A DNA stretch of 64,000 nucleotides from Okamejei kenojei. Its lineage: Eukaryota. The translations under genes and the position numbers were made by a program. The first letter of the stretch is position 1. Each line of letters begins with the position of its first letter. Under the pieces are notes generated by a model. That model did no database searches, was not told the origin of the DNA, and was given only the letters and a program-made list of their open reading frames with translations. The DNA lies in contig CM069174.1 in NCBI GenBank assembly GCA_035221665.1, positions 10,230,001 through 10,294,000 of the forward strand, read 5' to 3'. Positions 49,018 through 62,512 of the stretch are shown one piece after another.

Positions 49018-50702
49018 GTAGTTTCAAATCTCATATTTTAATTTCTGAAATGGTGGTCTATTTTGAAGAATAGTATTATGTAACAGGTCAAAGAGCCCCA
49101 TATAGAGATTGATTTGTTTTTGGTATACTTCTCATCCTTTTGTATTCAAGCCAAGAGAGAACTTTGTTGGCGAGGAGACAGATCATCTGCCGTTTAAGTC
49201 ATATCCAAACTATTTTTCCGTGTGCACACATCTGAAATAAGTCAACCTCGCACCCTCACAATTTTTGTACATCCGATGTACCACTCAGATGTTCTGCGAC
49301 TGCTGGGGATACACGTCACATAGTTGGGAGCACCAATTGTAGAATCATCCTTGCCAAATCCTTCACTTTTTGAAACCATTACTTTGACTTTGATTTATTT
49401 TAGGTGCTTTTTAATGTTTCATTTTGTTTATAATTAAGCCTATTTCTTATTAGTTTTATTTATTTTTACAATTCATTAAATTACAACCTGAAATCTACAA
49501 TCACAGACACACTCAGCCCCCATTTAAGGCGAGTTGCTGAACACACACACAATTTGATTTGATTGTGTTGTAACCCACCCTCTACAAACTTTCAAAGTGC
49601 AATACAGTCTTCCTTTAACTCCTGTATATGTTTGAATAAAGCACCAGCATCACATAGCACCATTTGGCATGACAAATTCCTTAAGACAAGCAGAGAAAAG
49701 GGCTGGTTTTATCTCTGCGTTCTCGAGTGCTCAGTGCCCCCCACACACATATGGCTCTGAAACCAGAATTCATGTCATACTGTAGAACAGCTTCACCATG
49801 TAGCCTGCCAAATCTGAGCACAAATATATCTAAATTGAAACAGCCAAGAACTTGTTGCTGTTTCAATTTAGTGACACTTATGGAGATTGAAGGATGAAAC
49901 ATGAAAGGAAATGCCCCCAAAATAATGAAAAATAAAACACTGAAAAATTCAACCCCTGCTTATCTTCTTAGATAAAAATTACTGGAACAATGCTCTTTTA
50001 TCTATTACTCATGGGACCATCAATTGTCAGAAAGTTTCCACAGCCAAAGAGATTGGATTAGATGAAGCTATTGTTTCAGCCACCTCATCATAATTTACAC
50101 AAGGATTCTATTCAATGGTTATTTTAGATCACAACACAATTTAAAGAGCGATTTGTAGAATTCCTATTTGTTCCGGTGTAGAAAGAAGGCTGTTTCATCA
50201 TCTGATAGAAACAGAATTTAAAAAACATATTTAGACACAAAGTGCTGGAGTAATTCAGCGGGTCAGGCAGCATCCCTAGAGAAGACAGATCGGTGACATT
50301 TCAGCTTGGGACCCTTCTTCAGACTGATTTGGCAGAGCCACATGGTGAAGCTGTTCTACAACTTGAAAGTCTGACTGAAGAAGTGTTAGAGATGCTGCCT
50401 GACCCGCAGAGTTAATCCAGCAGCCATTTGTGTCTTTTTTTTTAGCACACCAGTTCTTTGTTTCTATTTTTTTAATCCTTTTTCAGAGTCCTCTTGGTTT
50501 ATCCATGAAACACATACGTTTTCACAGGAGTTATGTGAATTAGATAGATCGCGATTCTTGCCTTTTTAGTCCAGGGTTGGATAACATAAGGCTCTGGGAT
50601 AAGATTTCATTAATACCACCGTGTACGATTTGTCTTTGTCATTGATGTATTCAACAGTCTCTGGATCCTGGTAATTAGTTAAGCCAAGTGAATCAACAAT
50701 GC

Positions 50703-50840
50703 GGGATGGAAGATTGCAACCTTCACGTGGTCCGCCCGGTTTCGACTAATGTAATCAACTCGATGCGCACAAACGGAAGATCAAATAGAACAAGTTGTCC
50801 AACAACTTTAGGCTGTGCACGCCACACGAAAGAAGAAGAA
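50703..50840 (+). repeat. Dispersed ~135-bp repeat with (GAA)n tail, copy 2
   Basis: Homologous to 6365-6503. Confidence 0.8.
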
Positions 50841-51902
50841 GGGGCTGTTTCCCTGCTGTATCTCGAAGCTAAACGAAACTAAAAAAGGACAAAATAATGT
50901 TTTAAAGATGTTAATAAAAGGTAAATATTGGACTGGACAGCAAGGTGATCTGATCTTCTTCACAACAGTGCCATGGGAGCTCTCATTTCCACCTGAAAGA
51001 GCAGATACAGTTCAGCATCTAATTTTAAAGACAGCATCTCTGCCACTGCAGCACTCCTTCAAACTGTTCAGGAGCACCAACCTGAGCTTTGGCCCTCCAG
51101 TGACGTTTGAACCATCATCCTTCTTGAGTACAGAAGCAAGAATGCAGCCCACTGCACCATGTGGTAACTAACACCAGCAACTTTTGCAAGGAATTTCACA
51201 GGAGGAAACAGTGGTAACGAGTCAGAAAATCTGGGCAAGGCAACTGCCAGAGTTTAGGGTTTGGCAGTAGTGGAGAGATGGAAGCCAGGGCCAGAGTCCA
51301 CATTTGGAGGAATGAAGAGATCCTATTGGGTTATAGCATTGGTGAAAGGTTCACGGAGGAGGTTTGAAAACAGGCAAGGGTTTGGAGATCAAAGTATTAC
51401 TTAGCCAGCAGCTTTTCTCATTAAATAAAATCCACAGCTGGATATAGCAGGCTGCAAACAAGCTAATTCTCAGGTCTATGCAGCAGTAATGTTGTTACCA
51501 ACTGCTCTGTTGCTTGGCAAGATTAGCAATGACATGATTTAACTGCAACAGTGATATCTTAAGGAAAGCTGCCAGGCTCCAGAGTTACTTCAGGGCTACA
51601 CACTGTTCTTACCTCCCCCATAAAAGAAAAAACACTGCCATTGCATTCCATACTGTAGCTCTTGATGTGTCGGTTAGATTTTGTGTGAGTTGCAGTTTCC
51701 TCCTTATTTTTCTCCTGGATTCAAATCCAACAGGCTGTCCTTTGGTAACGTTACGCTCACACTTATTATAACTCACTGTTGCAATCCAAGCTTAATCATA
51801 GTACTTGTCCATGCTCAGAGTAACAAAACAATTTACACTAGCAGGACCACACTTCCGATAAACCGTAACTTAAAACCTTGCGTAAATAGTTTGCTGCAAG
51901 AC

Positions 51903-52075
51903 AGGGCAGCACAGTGGCGCAGCTGGTAGAGCTGCTGCCTCACAGCGCCAAAGACCCTGGTTCGATCGTGACCTCGAGCGCGATCTGCGTGGAGTTTGCA
52001 TGTTCTCCCTGTGACAGCGTTGTGTCAACCAGTGATCAATGATTAGAGTGGACTTAGTGCTGCATCTCTAAACTA
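51903..52075 (+). mobile_element. tRNA-derived V-SINE with internal deletion
   Basis: A box TGGCGCAGCTGG, B box GGTTCGATC, then GTGGAGTTTGCATGTTCTCCCTGTG. Confidence 0.85.
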
Positions 52076-54294
52076 ACAATCACCTGAAGAAAGAAGCTTG
52101 AAGAACACCATCTTCAATCCAGGCACATTTGCAACCCTCAAGACTCAACACTGTTAAGGGGCCAGATGGTCAGTTCTGACAGAAGGTCACCGACCGCAAC
52201 ATGTTTTTAACTCTCCACAGATGCTGACTGACCTGTTGGCCATTTCTGGCAGTCTCTTTTATTTCAGACTTCCAGTAACTGTAGTGTTTTACATCTCAGA
52301 CTTCCAGCATTCTTTGTTTTTTCTCTCCTCTATTCTCACTCTTCTTCTATTTACACCTCGTCTTGAGTGGTGATTAACGGAGCCTTGTCCATCTTCTGCC
52401 GCCCAGCACCAACACAACTCAAGTCATTCTGTCTCCCCTGGGCCCTGCCCTATCACAGAAAGACCTATTCTCTTCTCTCCATCTTTGGCCCTCTCTGCAC
52501 CCCTAAAATACATTCGGTTTCAGACATTTTCTGTTTTTATTATCATTTCACAAATTGAAGAGACTAAGTGCATAGCATTAGCACTGACTGGATCCTGGTT
52601 GCAGCATAATGCAAGATGAGTCACCTCCTCATAAATTAGCAAATTATTCAGATTGCACTGTGCGCTATTTAAAATATGGTCCAAAGACAAAGACAAAAAC
52701 ATTTCTTGAGCAGCAACTCAATAGTACAATTTCCTGGCTACAAATTAGTGTGAACTGGTTATAATCCAGGAATACTTTTCATTGACCCAACTTTCTCCCG
52801 ATCCAAGAACCTTCCTAAATTAACATTGGTATTGGTTTATTATTGTCACATGTACATGTACAGTGAAAAGCCCTGTTTGCGTGCTATCCAGTCAAATCAT
52901 AATATACTGTATGTGAATACAATCAAGGCCAAGAACTGGAGCTCATCCTTGATCCTGAAGGACTGAGATGTTTCGGTCTATTATTGTCATGTGTACCGAG
53001 GTACAGTGAAAAGCTTTGTTTTGCATGCTATCCAATCAGATCAGATAATACTATACATAACTGCAACCTGTTCAAACTCCAGGGGAGTTCTCTCTCCACT
53101 GCCACCTCTCTCTCTCCTCCACTGCCACCTGCCCTGTCAACACTCAAACCCCTTTGTGCTAGTTTATTCTGCAACACCCCTGGAACATTTAAAACACGGT
53201 CACTTTATCCCTGGCTTACTGTTGATTAGTTTCTTGCCATCTCTCCGGAAAGAGCTGACTTTTACATGGAACAGTACAGCATAAGAACAGACCCTTCGGC
53301 CCAGAATGTTTGTGCTGAACATGACGCCAAGTCAACTCTCACCTATCCAAATCCCTCCTTTCCCTGCATCTGTATGCTTATGCAAATCTCTCTTCAATGC
53401 CACTGTCATTCACACGAGGGACAAGGGGTAGAATTTCTGTCAGAAAACTGAGGAAAAGGCCAGGGGCTTGGGTTATTTACTGTATTAAAATAGTCTAGGA
53501 GTGAATCTAATGCAAGTGTATTCACTGATTAAGTAAAAGTAGCAGACAGACAAAATTAAATCTCCAGCAATTCAGAAATTTGCAGATAAACTAAATGCGC
53601 CCAAGCCCCATTTAAGATAACTCAGCTCATTCTGCTAAATATAGTTTTTTTTAAAATGTGTTCTCTCGTGGCGAGGGGTCGTTCGCTAAAGATGCATAGA
53701 GGGGAGGGAGAAATTTTATAATTGTCCTTTCCCCTCAATTTTGCATATAACTGTTCCTTCAGGCTAGGCATTGCTCCACTAAAACAGGCAATAGGGTACT
53801 GGTTTATTGACAGAGGGTACCCGACCACCATGTTACAGAAATTAATAATGCAGGAGGCACAAGAGACTGCAGATGCTGGAATCCGGAGCAAAATGTAGTG
53901 CTGGAGAAACTCAGCAGATCAGGCAGCATTTGTGGAAAAAACAGTCAACTTGGTCTAGATGAAGGGTTCCATCCTGCAACGTCCTGTCACTTTTCCTTCA
54001 CAGATGCTGCCTGATCTGCAATGTTCCCCCAAGAACAGCTCTCTTTTAATGCAGGAGGTTATTGGGCCCAGTGTCCAGGACCACCCACCTCCAACATCAT
54101 TCTGCAAGCATCCTCTCTGGACAGATCTTAAGACAACAGAGCCCTGTAATAGCAGACCGAGTTATCTAGCCTCTGGATCTACGATGGTGGAGCTGTCATT
54201 GGCCAACAGCTCCATGAGCCTTGCAGAGCCACCACAATTTTTCCAGCTAGAAGGGTATGGTTCAAATCTTGCACGATCTGGATCTATGACCTCA

Positions 54295-54520
54295 CTGGTA
54301 GTTTACACCCCAGCGGTATGAAAATTGACCTCCAATTTCACGTAGTCCTTGCTTTCTCCCTCCTTCCCAGCTCTCCCTAACCCCACTGTCTCCGCCTCTT
54401 CCTTTCTTCTTCCCGCCCCACATCAGTCTGAAGAAGGGTCTTGACCCGAAAGGTCACCTGTTCCTTCGCTCCATAGATGCTGCCTCACCCGCTGAGTCTC
54501 TCCTGCATTTCTGTCTACCG
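54295..54520 (+). mobile_element. Penelope 3' end with hammerhead-like motif
   Basis: Matches 58652-58900; CTGAAGAAGGGTCTTGACCCGAAAGGTC at 54428-54455. Confidence 0.8.
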
Positions 54521-55809
54521 ATGACCTCACTGACGCACCTTGGGACCACAAAAGTGCAGGTTCTGGAGTAGGCCCTTTTTCTCTTTGTATATCAGCCAGA
54601 TTCTCAACTGCTCAAAATTGACAGGACTCCAAAACTCCCTCTCAAACCACGTAATCTCAGGAATCCACCTCTCGGCTGATCCCTTTGTGTACTCCTGACA
54701 GAAGTGAACGATGCGAGTCAGGCTTTTGCAGTGGGCTCAACTACGATGCCTTCTTCAGTCCAAATCCTTCCAACACTCATCACTAAGGAAGACACAAAGT
54801 GCTGGAGTAACTCAGTGGGTCAGGCAGTATCTCTGAAGAACATGGTTAAGTGACGTTGTGGGTCAGGACCCTTCTTCTGACTTATCCATGTTCTCCAGAG
54901 ATGCCTGACCTGCTGAGTTACTCTAGCACTTTGTATCAAACCTTATCTTACACCTTTTTGCATTTCATCTCTGGCCTTTGTTCAACCATCCACCTATCAC
55001 TCTCCACGCTTTGTCCTGCCTCCATCCTCTTTTCCAGTTTTCTTCCCCGTCTCCCCCCCCCCCCCCATCTCTCACAATTGGGCCCCGAGCGAAACGACTC
55101 TAGAGACCCTGTCTGACCCGCTGAGTTACTGCAGAACTTTGTGTCTTTTTGTTTGTAAATCAGTATCTGCAGCTCCTTGTCACTAAGGCTCGTATATGAG
55201 GCACGCCTATTCGGTGGGACCTCTGGATGGTCGCCATGGAATTGTACATTTGTGGCGTTAATCTCTTACTAAGGCAGTTAAGTTTATCTCAACTCTTCTC
55301 ACAGACTCCTACATCTTTGAACAAATGAGACCAAGTCTCCCTCAAGGCATTTTACCGTCGGTTTTTCAGCGGCAAGTCTCCCTCTCGAGCGCAGTCAAAC
55401 GGTTGGCGCTTCTGCACCCATAACCGTCCACACTGCTGATTCGCTGCCTGTGTTGCGCGGTCATGTAGGTAGGCAGAGGGCGGTGGAGGCAGGTTCTCTG
55501 GATACTTTTGAGAGCAAGATAGGACTCTTAAAGATAGTGGAGTCAGGGGATATGAGAAGGCAGGAACAGGGTACTGATTGTGGATGATCAGCCATGATCA
55601 CATTGAATGGCGGTGCTGGCTCGAATGGCCTACTCCTGCACCCATTGTCTTAAGTCGACACTGCAATTCAATCACGACTGATCCATCTCTCCCTCCTAAC
55701 CCCATTCCCCGACACTGTACAAACCAATTTTACTTCAGTGCCATCTGCAAACATGCTAATCACACCGTGTATGTTCCCATGATGAATATGGTAATAAAGC
55801 TAAACTGAA

Positions 55810-57503
55810 GCTAGGCAGGTAGTGCAGGAGTCCCCTGCGGTCATCTCCCTCCTAAACAGGTATACCATTTTGGATACTGTTGAGGGAGATGGCTCACCAG
55901 GTTCATGGCACCATGGGTGGCTCTGCAGCACATGAGGGGGGAAAAAAGAGGGGAAGGGCAATAGTAATAGGGGATTCAATTGTCAGGGGAATAGATAGGC
56001 GTTTCTGCGGCCGCAAACAAGACTCCAGGATGGTATGTTGCCTCCCTGGTGCAAAGGTCAGGGATGTCACTGAACGGCTGCAGAACATTCTGGAGGGGGA
56101 GGGTGAACAGCCAGTTGTCGTGGTTAATTCAGAAACAATGGTTCTGAACTTAAAGAAAGGTAACTTTGAGGGTATGAGACGTGAATTGGCCAAGATTGAC
56201 TGCAATTAATTCTAAAAGGGTTGACGGTGGATATACAATGGAAGACATTTAAAGATTGCATGGATGAACTACAAAAAATTGTTCATCCCAGTTTGGCAAA
56301 AGAATAAATCGGGGAAGGTAGTGCATCCGGTGAAATCAGGGATAGTAGCAAAGGATGATGCGTACAAAGTAGCCAGAAAAATACCAAGAGGACTGGGAGA
56401 AATTCAGTTAATTAGGAAAGGAAAAATAGATTATGAAAGAAAACTGGCAGGGGAACATAAAAACTGACTGCAAAAGTTTTTATAGATATGTGAAGAGAAA
56501 GAGGTTAGTTAAAACAAATGTAGGTCCCTTGCAGTCAGAAACAGGTGAGTTGATCATGGGGAACAAGGATATGGCGGACCAATTGAATAACTACTTTGGT
56601 TCGTCTTCACGGAAGACATAATAATCAAATAGCAGGGGACTGTGGGTCAAAGAGTAGTGAAATCCAGGAGGGGATAAATGAATAGCCGAAATGAATACGT
56701 CCCAGGCTTGAAAAGTGGAATGCAAGGGGGAGGGATTCAAATTTTAGGGCACTGGGACCAGTTCTGGGGGAACAAGGTGGGACCGGGATAACAAACAGGA
56801 CGGTTTGGCACCTGGGAATGGAATGGAACCAATGTTCTTGGGGGAGTGTTTGCTAGTGCTGTCGGGGAGGATTTAAACTAGTGTGGCAGGGGGATGGGTA
56901 CAAGAGCAGAGAGGCAGGAGGGTGTAAAATGAGGGTAGAAGCATTAGGTAGCAAGGTGAAAAGTAAAAGTGGCAGGCAGACAAAACCAGGGCAAAAATCA
57001 AAAAGGGCCACTTTTCAGCAAAATTGTATAAGGGGTAAGTGCGTTGTAAAGACAAGCCTGAAGGCTTTGTGTCTCAATGCAAGGAGTACTCGCTGGAGTT
57101 TAGAAGATTGAGGGGGGATCTTATAGAGACTTACAAAATTCTTAAGGGGTTGGACAGGCTAGATGCAGGAAGATTGTTCCCGATGTTGGGGAAGTCCAGG
57201 ACAAGGGGTCACAGCTTAAGGATAAGGGGGAAATCCTTTAAGACCGAGATGAGAAAGACTTTTTTCACACAGAGAGTGGTGAGTCTCTGGAACTCTCTGC
57301 CACAGAGGGTAGTTGAGGCCAGTTCATTGGCTATATTTAAGAGTGAGTTGGATGTGGCCCTTGTGGCTAAGGGGATCAGAGGGTATGGAGAGAAGGCAGG
57401 TACGGGATACTGAGTTGGATGATCAGCCATGATCATATTGAATGGCGGTGCAGGCTCGAAGGGCTGAATGGCCTACTCCTGCATCTAATTTCTATGTTTC
57501 TAT
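55810..57503 (+). mobile_element. Rearranged CR1 LINE including ORF1 esterase (SGNH/GDSL-like) remnants
   Basis: AIVIGDSIVRGIDRR...CCLPGAKV (ORF1); KSFYRYVKRKR...QLNNYFGS (ORF2 linker); LKALCLNARS (endonuclease start); intact-looking 3' end. Confidence 0.88.
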
Positions 57504-57769
57504 GAATAGAATCAGGCCATGCTGACCATATGCCCCAGTCCACATGACAATAAACTAAACTCTCCCCAGAAAAAGAAATAAGTTTAGCAAGCAATAAGAA
57601 ATTGCAGCGAATTGTAGGCACAACCCAGACCATCACACAAACCAACCTGCCTTCCATCGACATACATCATGCTGCTTCGTCAAGGCGAGCGGCATAATCA
57701 AGGATGAGTCACCCTGGCCACTCCCTCTTCTCTTCTCTACCATCAGGCAAAAAGTACAGAAGAGTGAAA

Positions 57770-58900
57770 ATTGCATTGGTGCTACCTCCAGCATCCACGC
57801 AGAACTCACTGACTTAATGCATTTCACCACTAATTTCCATCCGACACTCAAATTCACCTGGACCATTTCACACATCTCCCTACCATTTCTAGATCTCACT
57901 ATCTCCATCGCAGGTAACAAACTAACTAACCAACATCCACTATAAACTCACTGTCACCCATGACTATCTGGACTACACTTCTTCCCACCCTGCTTCCTGT
58001 AAGGACTCTATCCCCTACTCCCAATTCCTCCATCTATGCCACATCTGCACCCAGGATGAGGTATTCCAGACCAGGGCATCAGAGATGTCCTCATTCTTTA
58101 GGGAACGGGTCTCCCCTCTTCTATTATAAATGAGGCTCTCACCAGGGTCTCCTCTATATCCCTTGTCCTCACCTTCCACCTTGTCAGCCGTCGCATACAA
58201 CATATAATCCACCAACATTTTCGCCACCTCCAACGGGATCCCACCACTGGCCACATCTTCCCATCTCCTCCCCTTTCTGCAGAGACCGTTCCCTCCGCAG
58301 CTCGCTGGTCATTTCCCACCCAAACCACCCCCTCTCCTGGCACTTTCCCTTGCAACCGCAGAAAATGCTACACTTGTCGCTTTACCTCCCCCCTCGACTC
58401 CATACAAGGACCTAACCCCATCTACTGCATCCACTGTTCCAGGTGTCAACTTCTCTACGTCGGCCAGACCAAAGAGCAGGCTTTGCAATCGCTTCGTCCA
58501 ACACCTCCGCTCAGTTCACACTAACCAACCTGTACTCCCAGTGGCTCAGCACTTCAACTCTCCCTCCCATTCCGAATCTGACCTGGGCCTCCTCCATTGC
58601 CAGAGTGAGGCCCAGCGCAAATTGGAGGAACAGCACCTCATATCTCGCTTGGGTAGTTTACACCCCAGCGGTATGAACATTGACCTCCAAATTTCAGATA
58701 GTCCTTGATCTCTCCCTCCTTCCCCTCGCCCTTCCCGGCTCTCCTACAAGCCTACCGTCTCTGCCTCTTCCTTTCTTTTTCCTGCCCCTCCCCCCTCCAC
58801 ATCAGTCTGAAGAAGGGGCGACCTGAAACGTTGCCTATTCCTTCTCTCCATAGATGCTGCCTCACCCGCTGAGGTTCTCCAGCATTTTTGTCTACCTCCA
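57770..58900 (+). mobile_element. Penelope-like element remnant (RT C-terminus, GIY-YIG endonuclease, 3' repeat)
   Basis: NFHPTLKFTWTIS, PFLDL, YLDYTSSHP, IPYSQFL; IYCIHCSRCQLLYVGQT; HCQSEAQRKLEEQHLISRLGSLHPSGMN; 3' CTGAAGA...GAAACGTT at ~58806-58832. Confidence 0.9.
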
Positions 58901-59077
58901 GATTTTGGGACTGTTTCTTCCCAGCTGTTATCAGGCAACAAAAAAATAAATTAAAAAATAAATATGAAACACAAGTATAACCTTGTTTCAGTGGGAGCAG
59001 ATTTTAGGGAAGAAATTCTACACATTTATGCAACACTTGTCTTTAAAAAAAAACACAATATGTTTAAGTGTTAACAG

Positions 59078-59083
59078 TTTATT
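59078..59083 (-). promoter_or_regulatory. PTGES3: Probable PTGES3 poly(A) signal
   Basis: AATAAA (-) ~720 nt past the stop and followed by U-rich sequence; a second one at ~59392-59397. Confidence 0.6.
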
Positions 59084-59799
59084 AGAAAGATATTGTAGGC
59101 TTAAAAAAAATTCCATTGCATTTGACATAAATTGAGGTTTTCAGCTTGTACTGAGCAGATTTCACAAAATACATCCTAAAGATAGTGTATTAACAGTTTT
59201 TCAAAACTTGCATTCATACTCAAGACAGTGCAAATACACTTTTGGTCATCTAAATGTACAGCCACTTAAGATCCACAAGCGACAATGTACAGCTTTATCA
59301 CTCATCGTACTAACAGATGTAGAAGCTTAAGGGTCAACCAATACCATTTATAGTTTGAGCCAATTCTTAAGAGATGAAGCCACTCTGAAAATTTATTAAA
59401 ACCTCAGCATCCTAACTGCTGCAGAATTAGCTAAGGTGGCTTAATTGAAACAGAAGGAATACAGTATTAGATTGTATAGGAACCAACTACAAGGTTTAGT
59501 GCTAGTCAGTACAAATTCAGATCACTATAAATAATTTTTGCTCAAGTCCTGGCATATTTTAATCCGGCATATAATATGCATAACGGCATATCTTTATATT
59601 GTCCTGTATTGGTAAGCAATTTTGTCCAATACTCTGGTATGCATCGACCCCTAGAAAAGCCTTTTAAACAGGTTGAAAATGGATTGAAAGATGCTTCACT
59701 GCTCCGAACAGCTATCAACTTATAATTGTTTTGTTAAAAATTAACAGTTTAATGAATGCGTTTCTTCCAATTCCTCGAAGCCTTTTCCCCTCAATTCAT

Positions 59800-59819
59800 T
59801 TACTCTAGATCTGGCATTT
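59800..59819 (-). CDS. PTGES3: PTGES3 (p23 co-chaperone), last coding exon
   Basis: tttcAG|AA ATG CCA GAT CTA GAG TAA = (K)MPDLE*, the canonical p23 C-terminus. Confidence 0.95.
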
Positions 59820-59902
59820 CTGAAAGAAAAACAAAAAGATCAGAATCCAAGTACCAGTGGAAACAAAATAAATCTCAAACAACATTACAAAAATCTACTT
59901 AC

Positions 59903-59930
59903 TTTCATCATCACTATCCTGTGACCCATC
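59903..59930 (-). CDS. PTGES3: PTGES3 exon (28 nt)
   Basis: tttAG|GAT...GAA A|GTaag; DGSQDSDDE. Confidence 0.93.
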
Positions 59931-61346
59931 CTAAAGAGCAAAAGGTAACAATTAAAAAGATTTACTAAATGTTACAAATTCACTTTACAGATAGCACCAA
60001 AATATCCTCAGTGGGACAAACTTGTCAATTTATGTCCCATATGTTCTCAAATACACAACTGCAATTGGACATCCCATAGCAAAATACGCAATACATACTT
60101 TGAGGTAGAGGAAAAAATGGAAGCTTAATCCACATACTCCGATTATCAAAAGACTTAAATTGGTGTAGCATGGCACAGTTTAATACATTTGCAGTAGTTA
60201 CCACATGCAAATCCAGATGGAATAAAAATTCAAATGTAAGAACCCAGTGGGACACTATAGGTGAAAATGAATTGCCCGTTTAGACAGTGGACAGACCTAC
60301 ATCAAAAATACTGTGTTTTAGTTTCTCTTCAAAAACAATTTCTAGTATAAATTTATAGCATTGAGCCACACATTCCTGCAATCTGGGGTGCACTGATTTT
60401 TCTACTTAAGTAACATTATCGATCAATAAGCACCAAATTGATAAACTTTATACCTTAGTCTGACTATGTACCTTGTACTGACCTGTTTCCAAGTCTGTGT
60501 TGTAACATCCCTATCTGCCGAGTATTACATCTGTGCTTGCCCGTATCTGGCCTTATGGGAAGCATTGAAAATTTAAACTGCACACATCTTCATTTTACAT
60601 ACCAACAATGTGTGTTTTGGGCTAGAACATACTTTCTGGGACTTAGTTGCTAGAAAAAGTATAGAGTTACCAAAATAGGACTTAACCATGACTGCCATCA
60701 CAACTGAAAGATTTCTAGTCATTAATCTTAATTTACTTTTGTGTAACATCTAAATCCAACACAATACAAGCCAACAGATATCATTTGGTGAATGACTCAA
60801 GGAAAGCTTTAAGAGGCATAGGAATGTCAACTTTTCATATGGCTGAAATTTGAAGGGCTATGAGAGCAGGGAAGAGTTGAAAATGCACAAAAACCAGTCA
60901 GACAGTCATGAATAACCGTGGCACCAAAGGATTGTCTACACCTGCAAAATTGGAGTTAGCAATCGAGGAAGTAAAATTTCCATGAAAATCTACTAATGGC
61001 CAACCTGATAATATGCAAACCCAAGGCTTGCATCAACTCAATTTTAAGTGTAGCACTGCCAAAATCTCTCTCAACTGATTTCTTTAAACTATTGCTGTTA
61101 ACTATACTGTGGACCATGACTTCTGCAACAGAAGGTAGTTAAAGCAGTCACTTTTGATACCTTTCTAAAGGCAAAATCAGTTAATGACCACATGCAATCT
61201 ACACTACTTAACAGAAAGCCCTAAAACTATAGTAGCTGAAAGGACTTGATCCCTCCAGAATTTAGTTATAACAGCTGCATAATCATTTCCATTTCACAAA
61301 TTTAAAAATAGATAAAACCCATCTAAGCTAGTATCTTCATACTTAC

Positions 61347-61409
61347 ATCATCCATTCCATCAACGTCTGGGATGTCTCCATCATCATCTCCTCCCATATT
61401 GTTCATCAT
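61347..61409 (-). CDS. PTGES3: PTGES3 exon (63 nt)
   Basis: tatAG|ATG...GAT|GTaagt; MMNNMGGDDDGDIPDVDGMDD. Confidence 0.95.
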
Positions 61410-62337
61410 CTATAAAGATTTATTTTTTGTTTTAAACTTAATTCTAAGCAGTACATTAATATAGACATTCCAACTAGGGGCCAGTACAACATGGGGTGGT
61501 GCTGATTTATACAGACCAGAATGGTCCTATTTCAATCCCTCACTAATTTCAGCTATGATACTGGTTACAAATTTCTGGATGACGTGGCTGTGGGTCAAAT
61601 GCCCAGATTCTTCCTCCAGTGTTTGAATATCATAACTGTCACAAGTGCAATCAGCTCCACAGCCCACAGCCTGTTGAAGCTATTAACACCCCATTCGGTT
61701 GAAGTAATTAAGTAGTAGTCGAGCACAAATGCGCGTTCAATATAAATCAAAGTGATTAAAAAATCTTTTTCTTTTTAAACGGTCATTGAGGTTCAATAGC
61801 CTTAGATCTTTTGAAAACTGCCATTACTTAGAGAAACTGTATGCAACACAAGCAGGACACAATGCATTTTAATATCAGAATTTTAATTAATAAAAGCATT
61901 CCCATGCAGTTTCCTGCCAAACCAGAAAGTTAAAAACAATTTTCAGTGCCATTGTGCAAGGAACACTTTAGTTTAGATGTAGTTTTGTCCACTGTACTGT
62001 GCATAATGTTTACTATATGACAGATTATTTTTGAACAATAGTGTAGTTGCATACTTTGCAGTGCTGAGCAAACATAAGTAGGTAAAATAACTCAAATTCA
62101 GCAGGAAAGCAAATTAAAATCTTAGCATGCGCTGAATTTTTATCAAGAATCCAACTTTTCAGGAGTTTACTTCCCAAAATATCAAATTTCTTCCTTAAAG
62201 TATTTATTCAAAAGACATCCATTTTCCAGAAACTGATCACTGACCCTCACTCAACAAATGTTAACCACCCCTTAAGGATGTGTATATCCATATGCAGTAA
62301 TATATATTAGCCAATTACATAAATGCAATGTCCCTAC

Positions 62338-62430
62338 CTGTGAGAACTTTTCGAAGCTGGATAGATCTTCTTCTTCTGGATCATCATCCCAATCTCTCCA
62401 GTTATTGAAATCCACTTTGAGCCAGTTCAA
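62338..62430 (-). CDS. PTGES3: PTGES3 exon (93 nt)
   Basis: gcAG|TTG...CAG|GTagg; LNWLKVDFNNWRDWDDDPEEEDLSSFEKFSQ. Confidence 0.96.
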
Positions 62431-62512
62431 CTGCAAAAGTGGTCAGTCAGTAATTGAAAGTTGTTTTTTTTTTTAACAGGATATTAGAACAATATTGCAA
62501 GGTCCTAGTTAC

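Noticed and set aside
51903-51980. tRNA-like sequence
   Set aside because: Head of a V-SINE; continues into the SINE core with no proper tRNA 3' end.
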